Assembly: GCA_951406725.2 (NCBI GenBank)
Contig: OX597817.1
Span: 29,140,001 to 29,204,000, forward strand
DNA length: 64,000 nt
From: Octopus vulgaris
Lineage: Eukaryota
Direction: 5' to 3'
The translations under genes and the position numbers were made by a program. The notes beneath the pieces were generated by a model. The model was not told the DNA's origin, did not search any database, and was given only the letters and a program-made list of their open reading frames with translations. Below, one piece after another: positions 54,086 to 64,000 of the stretch; within the stretch, counting starts at the first letter, position 1, and every line of letters starts with the position of its first letter.

Positions 54086-54282
54086 TATAGCCAACTAAAT
54101 GCTCTGACCCTATGTAGAAATATTTCCATCAACAAGTTCATACCTTGAAATATTTTAACTGAGGAAAGTTTACGTAATGGATGCAGTCCTTTTTATGTTC
54201 ATGTAATTCATATATTTATGTGTATATATCTATAACTATCTAGATATCTACAACAATCTCTCTGCCTCTCTCTTTTTCTCTT

Positions 54283-54331
<49 letters not shown>

Positions 54332-54334
54332 CTA

Positions 54335-54709
54335 GGTGCAGGCGTGGTTGTGTAGTGGGAAACTTGCTTCCCATCTACACAGTTCCCAGTTCAGTCCCAC
54401 ACTGTGGCACCTTGAGCAAGAGTCTTGTACTATAGCCTCGGGCTGACCAAAGTCTTGTGAGTAGGATTGGTTGACAGAAACTGAAAGAAACCAATCGTAT
54501 ATATATGTTTGTCTCCCACCATTGCTTGACAACTGGTATTGGTTTGTTTACATCCCCATAACTGAGTTGTTCAGCAAAGAGAGAGATGTACAATATGTAC
54601 AAGGCTTTAAAAAAATATATTAGTGCTGGGACCAATTCATTCAACTAAAGAGTTCTTCAAGGCAGTGCCCAAGCATGGCCACAGTCTAATGACTTAAACA
54701 GATAAAAGA
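54335..54709 (+). mobile_element. SINE family A copy
   Basis: Head, central and tail motifs present. Confidence 0.8.
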
Positions 54710-54722
54710 GATATGTATTTAT

Positions 54723-54755
<33 letters not shown>

Positions 54756-54913
54756 CATGCTAGTATGGAAGGCAGACATTAAATGACAGTGATGAAGATG
54801 ATGATGATGATATATATATATATTAATAATATCAGGGTAATAAAGATTTAAAAAATTTTTACCACCAGTTGCCTAGCGTATAGAAAAATTAGTCAGTAGA
54901 CTATATATTATTC

Positions 54914-55078
54914 ATATAAAATACAGTGTATATTTAAACACATTAAGAGGTTTCCATCATTGGAATCCCTTATGCTAGAAAAAATTTATCCCTAATTAGT
55001 GGTTTGGGCTTTAGCTGTTCTTTCTAGCATAAAGGATTCCTATGATAGAAAGCTCTTAATGTGTTTAAATGTACACTG

Positions 55079-55088
<10 letters not shown>
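54914..55088. repeat. 68-bp inverted repeat (5 mismatches), 39-nt spacer
   Basis: 54914-54981 vs 55021-55088. Confidence 0.92.
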
Positions 55089-55116
<28 letters not shown>

Positions 55117-55943
55117 CCACAGTTTATTGAGGCAGATTTTCTACAGCTGAATGCCTTTCCTGCCACCAATTCTCACCTAGTTCCAAGCAGAGTAATATAT
55201 CTTGATGTCTAGACATGTACTCACAGAAGATTGGAAATGACTGAAACTGCTTTGATGACTGGCAATCATTTACAAGGAGATTCATATGCACACACATACA
55301 TGTAAACAAGTATGTATGTATATATATATATATGTGTGTGACAGGCTTCTGTCAGATTCTGCTTACCAACTTCACTTTCATGGTTTTGATCAGCCTGGGG
55401 CTACAGGAGAAGACACAGCCTGGGGCTACAGTAGAGGACACTGTGGAACAAAACACAGAAAAATCTAGCTGGCAAGTAAACTTCCTATCACACAGTCGTA
55501 CCTACATCTATTTCTTATGTAAATATATATGTTTGTGTGTCTGTGTAAAGATGTACATGTGTAGTTGAAGCATTGTAGTACAGAGGTAGAAAAGATAAAG
55601 AAAATAAGAAAGCTTCTAACTTCTAAATAGAGCTTCTAGCTAATCCAGAAAGTATTAAAAAAACCATTGTACTTTCTTCATATATATATGTGTATTTTTT
55701 TTTGTATGTATGTATGTACGTATGTATATGTTAATATATATACGTATATATATATATGTGTGTGTGTGTTAATATATACAAAGAATAAGTCCTGGGGTCA
55801 ATTAATTTCTTCGACTAACACCCTTTGAAGTGGTGCTCCACCATGGCCACAGTAAGATGACTGAAACAAGTAAAAGAATAAAATAATATATAATCTGTAC
55901 ATACATGTATACATATATATATGTTAATATATATACGTATATA

Positions 55944-56020
<77 letters not shown>

Positions 56021-56334
56021 GTGTATATGTATGTAGTATTTATATATATGTATGTATTTATATATATGTATGTATATATATGTATGTCCGTATATATATA
56101 TAAATATATGTATATATATGTGTGTGTATGTATGTATATGTTTGTATCTATATATATATAAGGCTGCTTCCAGTTCCTATTCATCACATCCACCCACAGG
56201 ATTTTGGTCTGTCTGAGACTACAGAAATAAAAGAAAGACTTGTTTAAAGATTCACACATTGGGACTGAACTTGAAACCAAGTGGTTGGAAAGCAAGCTTT
56301 CTAACCACCAGGTCACACCTGCATATATATATTT

Positions 56335-57382
56335 GATAAAGCTTTGACTTGAGGGCTTGTAAAGACCCATCCAAATCATCAGATGTTTTGAGACAAAACA
56401 GTGAGTGGTATTCCACAGGAATGCCACATGGTGGCCTTCTCAGATATACCCTCAGATAGCCATCCTTGCTAGCTATGCAGATGATACAAAAGTCTGTAAG
56501 AAAATACAAAACCATGGAGATGTTATGCACCTGCCACAGGATTTCAGAGCAGTATACAGGTGAGCTTAGAACAATAACATGCAGTTTAATAACGGAAAAT
56601 TCCAAGCCCTTTACTAACAGCACATCAAGCTCAATGAAATTCAGATGGGATATATTGCCATGGAAGGGATTTCAATCTTTGAATCAAAATCAGTGTGTAA
56701 CCTGGGCATTGACATGAGAAATTATTTCTCTTTCCAGGTGCATATTACAAAGTTGCCTATAAAGTGCTGGTGGCTGGCCGGATGGATCCTTAGAACTTTC
56801 AGGGTAAGAGAATGGGAACCATGATGGTCCTCTGAAGGACATTTGTGTTCAGTCAAACTACTGCTTCCAACAATGGTCCTCACACTGTGTAAAATTAATG
56901 GTGGAACTCAAAGTAATCCAGTGAAGCTACACAAAGAAGATTGTTTCGCTGCAACAGGTTAGCTACTGGGAAAGGCTGAAAAAGTCGACTCTACTCCCTA
57001 CCATGAAGATGTCAAAGATATGCATTGATATACATATGGAAAATCCTGGAAGGACTTTTACACTGAAATTTACACAAACACTAGAATTGAGTGCTAAAGA
57101 TCCCGACATTGCCATTAATGTACAGGACCAGATACTGCGAAAGTTGGTGCTTCAAGAGCCCACAGTTCTTTATATTCTCCTTAAAAGCTTGAGAGATATG
57201 CATGATGGATGTTGGTGTTTTCAGAACAAAACTCGATTTCCTCCTGTCAAGAGTTCCAGATGAACCTACCTTGTGACAGGAAATGCAGATTACCAATTAT
57301 CAGAGGAGGTTTCGAGTTATGAAAGTGTAGCAGAACTAATGGCAGTAGCCTCGCATGGCCACAGCTCTTGAGTTTAAACTAG
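56335..57382 (+). pseudogene. Degenerate CR1-group LINE ORF2 (reverse transcriptase to 3' end)
   Basis: Frame-broken motifs VSGIPQ, ASYADDTKV (YADD at 56474-56485), NNMQFNNGKFQ, NLGIDM, AGWILRTF, SYWERLK, IYIWKILEG; ends in a stem-loop tail at 57341-57382. Confidence 0.85.
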
Positions 57383-57928
57383 TGGCTGTGTGGTAAGAAG
57401 CTTACTTCCTAACCACTTCCTAACCACATGGTTCTGAGTTCAGTCCCTCTGCATGGCACCTTGGGAAATTGTCTTCTACTATAGCCTCAGGCCAACCAAA
57501 TCCTTATGAGTGGATTTGGTAGATGGAAACTGGAAGAAGTCTGTTGTGTATATATATCATCATCATCATCATTTAGCGTCCGCTTTCCATACTAGCATGG
57601 GTTGGACAGTGCAACTGGGGTCTGGGAAGTCAGAAGGCTGCACCAGGCCCAGTCTGATCTGGCAAAGTTTCTACGGCTGGATGCCCTTCCTAATGCCAAC
57701 CACTCCGTGAGTGTAGTGTGTGTGTCTGTGTTTGCCTCCCTCCTCCCCAGCCATCACTTGACAACCAATGCTAGTGTGTTTATGTCCTTGTAAATTAATG
57801 GTTCAGGTAAAGAGACTGATAGAATAAGTACTAGGCTTACAAAGAATAAGTCCTTCCACTAATACCCTTTAAAGTGTTGCTTCAGCATGGCCACATTCAG
57901 ATGATTGAAACAAGTAAAAGAATAAAAT
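57383..57928 (+). mobile_element. SINE family A copy interrupted by a family-B element (57558-57718)
   Basis: 5' half ends in the internal (TA)n at ~57557; the 3' half resumes at ~57719 (TGTGTCTGTGTTTG) and ends GATTGAAACAAGTAAAAG. Confidence 0.82.
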
Positions 57929-57948
57929 AATATACAATGCGTACATAC

Positions 57949-57986
<38 letters not shown>

Positions 57987-58397
57987 TTATATAAATAAGA
58001 AAAGACCGTTAATTTAATTATCGATCTTATCAAGTGGCCTGCATGGGAATAAAAACCTTCAAAGGTAATAATTATAATTTATATATATATATAACTTTTA
58101 TCTTTTACTCACTTCAGTCATTAGACTGCGACCATGATGGGGCACTGCCTTGAATCTATTTTTAGTCAAACTATGCATATATTCTGGAATACACTATCAG
58201 TTGTTGTTATACATCACTGGCGATAATGTGCTTTGCATCAATTTAGCTTAAGAATTATGCCGATTTACAGCTGAGTGGAATGGAGCAAAAGGAAATGGAG
58301 TGTTTTGCTCAAGAACACAATGTGACACCCAGTCCGGTAATCAAACCCACAATTTAACAATCTTGAGTGCAAAACCCTAACCAGTAGGCTTCACATC

Positions 58398-58400
<3 letters not shown>

Positions 58401-58439
<39 letters not shown>

Positions 58440-58483
58440 CATATACATACATATACATACATATATATATACATACATAGATA

Positions 58484-58517
<34 letters not shown>

Positions 58518-58550
58518 CATACATACATATACATATACATACATATATAC

Positions 58551-58629
<79 letters not shown>

Positions 58630-58638
58630 CATACATAC

Positions 58639-58681
<43 letters not shown>

Positions 58682-58698
58682 CATATATATTCATACAC

Positions 58699-58729
<31 letters not shown>

Positions 58730-58862
58730 CATACATACCTATATACATACATATATATACATACATACATACATATACATATATACATACATACATACAT
58801 ACATATATACATACATACATACATACATATATACATATACATATATATATATATATGTGTAT
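58401..58862. repeat. Compound (TA)n/(TACA)n microsatellite, ~460 bp
   Basis: Direct reading. Similar tracts at 43910-44020, 50128-50280, 50534-50602, 55885-56160 and 60535-60850. Confidence 0.95.
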
Positions 58863-59590
58863 ATAGTACATTTATATATTTATTGGCTAAACTGGCAAAA
58901 TGACCATTCCGAAATATAACAATATATATATATATATATATATATAAATTCAAATGTGTTTGTGTATATTATATGTATATAAATTCAAATGTGTGTGTGT
59001 GTATATATATATATATATGTATGCATGTATATATGTGTGCACACACATATACATATATTAGTTTGGTGAGGCAACCAGCAAAGGAGATCTCAGAACATGA
59101 GTATATATTGTTTTTATTAATAATTGCTTGAAGTTAAGTTGTAACTATAACTTCATGCACTGGGTCTTGATAAGTGCACCTGGAACAAAACTCTGGGTCC
59201 TTAAGTCATTCTCTAACTGTTACAAATCATTAATAAAATATATAATAACGGACTCTCCCATCAAAGACAACATATAAGCGTTCACCTTTTACCAAATGAC
59301 CTACACAAATGATTCGTTTATAGCGATCAAATATTTGTACCTGTGTATCAGATCACTCTCTCCATCAAACTGACATCATTTGAACAGGTGCTCTGTGTAA
59401 CATGCGCCAGGTGTCAAAGTGACTGCAGAACAACTTGAGATTAAGTGTTTTGCTCAAGAATACAATGCACCACCCGGTCTAGGAACTGAAACCACTAAGC
59501 CATGCGCCCTCACAAAATTATATAATATATATGCATTTCGTTTTTGGATTTGGTTTGTAAGATTCTTTATATGAGTTCGTGTGTTGAAAC

Positions 59591-59875
59591 ATATTCTGTT
59601 GTGTCTGGGGTGAGTCATTTTCTTTTTGCGCCTTATAATGTAACACACTGGTAAAATTTCTACTTACTTATTTTTCTAAAAATTTTCGTTGCGTCTTGCA
59701 ATCTTTTCAATAGTCTTGACTCTCTAAAAACTATTGAAGACTATCGAAAAGGTTTCAAGACGCAACGAAAATTTTAGGAAAATAAAAATAAGAAATAAGT
59801 AGAAATTTTACCGGTGATTGCGTTACATTATAAGGCACAAAAAGAAAATTACTCTCCCCAGACACAACAGAATAT
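59591..59875. repeat. ~125-135-bp inverted repeat of a dispersed element
   Basis: ATATTCTGTTGTGTCTGGGG...TTTTCAATAGTCTT vs AAGACTATCGAAAAGG...CCCCAGACACAACAGAATAT; an unpaired copy of the arm lies at ~12747-12883. Confidence 0.9.
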
Positions 59876-59982
59876 ATATGTATATATTTATATATACACA
59901 TACATGTTTCTATATACATTTGTGTATGTATTTATATTTATGTATTCACATTTGTATATTCACATTCATTTTTGTATGTATG

Positions 59983-60013
<31 letters not shown>

Positions 60014-60683
60014 ATATATATATACCATATCCACTTAGATGGTTTGAGTTCTCTTTGAGCTATTTTAAAAGACAATTACTCAAGATGCTGTCTTCAAATG
60101 TAACCCTAGCCCAACCAAAACCTTGTGAGTGATGTTTCATAGATGGAAACTGAAAGAAGCCCATTGTAAGTGCACACACACACATGCATATATTTGTATA
60201 TATGTATGTGTGTGTATACCCTTGTCTTAATATAACATGGTGATTGTAAACAAGCATCACTATCATGTAGGTGATGTTTGTTTCCGGTCTCCCATGAAAA
60301 ACATGTCTGGCCATGGAAGAGTGGATATTAAATACTAATGATATATATATATATATATATATATTTTAGCATACATATGAACATATGTATTTATGTATAC
60401 AAATCAGTATACATAGAACATATGTATTTATGCATACATAAAAATTTATATATTTTTGCATATATTTATTTACAAATGTAAATTTAGTTTTGCACATATC
60501 TTCTGTGTTAATATATTTATGTAATAATATTCATATATGTGTGTGTGTGTGTGTATGTATGTATATATATATATATATATGTGTATGTGTGTGTGTGTAT
60601 ATATATATATATGTATATATGTTTGTGTATATATATATATATGTATGTATGTTTGTGTATATATATATATATCTATGTTTGTG

Positions 60684-60746
<63 letters not shown>

Positions 60747-60799
60747 GTATGTTTGTGTATATATATATACATATATATATATGTATGTATGTTTGTGTG

Positions 60800-60839
<40 letters not shown>

Positions 60840-60963
60840 CTTATATACATAAATGTGTTGATGTCTGCTTTCATGTCAAGTTATGAATAAAGTTAACATT
60901 AAATGCAAGAATTTATACTTTTTAGTTAAGTATGTTTATTAAATATTTCAAGAAGAGAAGCGT

Positions 60964-61005
60964 CTGTGACTTCAAAGTTTCAGACTGCTAACCTTCGTCA
61001 GACAG
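60964..61005 (-). ncRNA. Minimal type-I hammerhead ribozyme motif
   Basis: Minus strand CTGT-CTGACGA-AGGTTAGCAGTCT-GAAAC-TTTGAA-GTC-ACAG: intact core, GUC triplet, stem I CUGU/ACAG, quasi-palindromic stem III; AATAAA ~25 nt downstream on the same strand. Confidence 0.68.
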
Positions 61006-61482
61006 TACTACACTTGAATTCCTTTTGGCTTTATGTAGTCTATGACAAGTTGTTTTTTGGGGGTAGGTGGAGTTATGTGAAATGATAATTGGGCTGGTGT
61101 ATTGGTCTGGAATTAGTTGTCTAGGTAAGGGGAACAGAATAGGGTAGGTAGAAAATGTGTTTGCTGGGTGTGGGTTGACAGAAAGTTATCGATGTAAGAT
61201 TTTGCCTGGTTTGAAGTGGGAGTTATTAGTTAGAATTCAGTCAAGTATGGAAATAAATTTGTACACAAATGTGTCTAATGTAGTTAGGTTCAGGTCATGA
61301 GATTCTTTATGCAGAAATGTGTTTCTCGTTGTGTTTAAGGGTTCACACACAAAACAAATGTGTATAATTTAATTAGAAGTCACCCAGGATATATATTTAT
61401 ACATAGGTTATGAGAGGTAACAGCCTTGGTTTTTTATCTCATTATGGAAAAAAAAATTATATATATATGTATATAAATGTAT

Positions 61483-61522
<40 letters not shown>

Positions 61523-61635
61523 GTATGTATATATGAGAGAGAGACAGACAGTCAGAGGATACATATACATAAACACTTGTGTATACATGTGTAATGTAGG
61601 GACATATACATACATAAAACAAACATACTCATACA

Positions 61636-61679
<44 letters not shown>

Positions 61680-62234
61680 GTGAAAATCAGAGTGAAATGT
61701 GGTAAAGAACAAATAAAAAAGGATATCAACTCATGGCCTATAGAGACAAGAATCTGCTTAATTTTGGGGCATTTCAAATTCATTGACTTTAAATTCCTTG
61801 CCATTATTCTTCTGCTTGTCTCAGTGATAAAGAATATCACTTTTCTGAGTGACCCATGCAAGCAAAGTCTAAGAATGTAAACAATAACATACATGTTGTG
61901 TGAGTATATATGCATACACACACGTGTTTGTGTGTGTTTATATATAACTCTTGGCAGGAAACACAGATGCGGGCAGCGGCATTGAACTCCCGTAGATCAA
62001 GTGCCACGTATCAGAGGTGGTTTCAACCGTGTTCTTTCAATGGTGGTGCTACCCAGGTATCAGTTATCTTTGGGCTGAATTATCCTTAATAAGATAATTC
62101 ATATCAATTACTCATATATATAATTATATATATATATATATATATATATACTAAATATATATATATATATTAAGCAACATATATTATATATATATTTGGA
62201 CACCTATGTGCTACAAGCATCCCACACTTTTTAC

Positions 62235-62590
62235 GTAAAGGTGCATGACTGAGTGGTTAAAGCATTGGGCTCACAATAAATGAGGTAGTGAGTTCCATTT
62301 GCAGACCAGGCTTTGTGTTGTGTTCTTGAGCAAGACACTTTCTTTATTTCATGTTGTTCCAGTTCACTCAGCTGGAGAAATGTAGAAATAAGTAGCAATG
62401 TCACTGGTGCCAAGCTGTATTGGCCTTTGCCTTTGCCTTTCTCTTGAACAATATTGGTGACATGGAGAGGGGAGGCTGGTATGTGTGGACAACTGCTGGT
62501 CTTCCATAAACGATCTTGCCCAGACTTGTGCTTTGGAGGGGAACTTTCTAGGTGCAATCTCATGATCATTCATGACCAAAGGGGGTCTTT
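62235..62590 (+). mobile_element. CORE-like tRNA SINE (family D head, different tail)
   Basis: GAGTGGTTAAAGCATTGGGCTCAC...GAGTTCCATT...TTCTTGAGCAAGACACTT...CCAGTTCACTCAGCTG. Confidence 0.7.
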
Positions 62591-62619
62591 ATATATATAT
62601 ATATATATATGTCTTTTCA

Positions 62620-63102
62620 CTGGAGTGAAGACACGGTTAATATGTAATGGTTTACCAGTAGAAAATTCTGGAAGAGTTGTAACTAATTTCAACATCAAAA
62701 GTTATACAAATCACCTTACCATGCACCATTTTGGAGCACTAAGGGTACTTCAAACTAATGGGAGGGTCAGGTACTACAATAAGGCTCACATCTCTTCAAT
62801 GCTCTGCCAAAAGAATTAAGTAACCTATGCAATGTCAGTGTGGATGTCTTCACAAAGAAATGTCATTCTCTTATCCATGATACCAATGCCCCAAAAGGAC
62901 TTACAGACGAGGGTAGTAGTGTCAAACTCCTTCATACATCAAATGAGCCAACAAGCAGGAAAAAATATTACGTGCAAGTGTAGCAATATGAAATCCCACC
63001 GCACAGAAGAGATCAACCACAAATAAGAGAACTTTGGAAAGGGTACAAAGTCACAGTAGTACTCCAGTATGACTGCAGCTATATGGCTGAAACACGTAAA
63101 AG

Positions 63103-63104
<2 letters not shown>
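62620..63104 (+). pseudogene. CR1-group LINE 3' fragment
   Basis: KILEEL, LFNALPKEL, SVDVF and SNS..HQM motifs, homologous to ~57040-57270; ends CCAGTATGACTGCAGCTATATGGCTGAAAC. Confidence 0.7.
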
Positions 63105-63139
<35 letters not shown>

Positions 63140-63294
63140 TAGATAGATATATATTACGGAGATGTACTTTCATAGCAAGTGACCTGATCTGAAATCGTGT
63201 GCTGGAACGAAAACAATTGCAGAATGGAAGGTGTTTATAAGCCATTTAAGAAACACACAAAAACCGTTAGATTCACTTCAACATTTAAACTTAA

Positions 63295-63345
63295 TTTGTC
63301 AAAATATTTTTGTCGCTTTGAGACCATGACCTACTCAGTGACAAA
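63295..63345 (-). ncRNA. Degenerate minimal hammerhead motif
   Basis: Minus strand TTTGTCA-CTGAGTA-GGTCATGGTCTCAAAGCGAC-AAAA-ATATTT-TGACAAA: 7-bp stem I and palindromic AAAATATTTT, but two core substitutions. Confidence 0.45.
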
Positions 63346-64000
63346 ACTTCGTGCTGTGTGAATACACACACACACACAATTGCATTTCTTCCGGGGATTT
63401 GAACATTACTAGGAAACTTCTTTTATCCATTTGATTGGAAGAGCATCACATATTTCTGAATCAAATAAGATCATCTCTGATAACAAAAGAAGTTCTTTGA
63501 TTCTTATGAACCTCCTGGAAAAATTAGTTGTCCTTTGGAAATTTTTTTAATATAAGAAACCACTTTATTGCCCATAAATGTATTTGGAATAGAGAAAAAG
63601 ACACAAGAAAAATAAATCTTTAAAATATAGGTAAATTTTAGTCAACTGCTTTATCAAAACTCACATCACAAATGTGGACAATATTTGTGCTTGATTTAGA
63701 ATACATGTGTCCAGTATTGAAGGAAATATTTCTTTTCTTGCATACACGGTGTAAATATTTCAAATCTCTTGTCTCTGCTTTTTCTTTAAGTAAGAATATC
63801 TAGTTTGAAAGGTTTATTAGTTTGTGACTCCCATGATGGAAATAGATTGTATTGGCTAGAAAATTTGGAAAATTGTAAACTGTAAATGAATATTAGCAGA
63901 AAATGTAAAATCTACACCCATTGGAATAGATTGTTCCTCAAGAAATCTTGCATGCTATAGTTACTTTTCACAGTAAAATCAAAGACAAGAGAGGAACTTT

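Noticed and set aside
49648-61921. Many Y/I/M/C/V/H/T-rich ORFs up to 184 aa
   Set aside because: They are translations of stop-free (TA)n/(TG)n/(TACA)n microsatellites.

Overview
Eukaryotic, AT-rich, microsatellite- and transposon-dense animal DNA. The SINE/MITE families and their (TA)n context look like an Octopus genome (my recognition, not a database result). One real gene is supported: the 3' part of a + strand Lachesin/DIP/IgLON-like Ig-superfamily adhesion gene. It has three phase-1 coding exons (8652-8939 Ig domain; 39472-39633 Ser/Thr-rich stalk; 43033-43136 GPI-signal-like tail and stop), a 30.5-kb intron and an apparently long, TE-poor 3' UTR. The rest is tRNA-derived SINEs (at least 3 families), a (GAT)n-tailed retroposon family, CR1/L2-type LINE relics, a Penelope GIY-YIG relic, a fold-back mariner, TTAA (piggyBac-type) MITEs and microsatellites. 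Nearly all ORFs in the supplied track are artefacts. The most interesting signals are (i) two core-intact and several decayed type-I hammerhead ribozyme motifs in Penelope-like termini, (ii) recurrent near-perfect fold-back palindromes next to (TA)n tracts, two with a 'double fold-back' centre, (iii) a 3' stem-loop tail shared by CR1-type LINE relics and the commonest SINE, and (iv) a locally templated ~150-bp insertion with 12-bp flanking direct repeats. I see no evidence for a wholly new system; these are plausibly unannotated instances of known classes.
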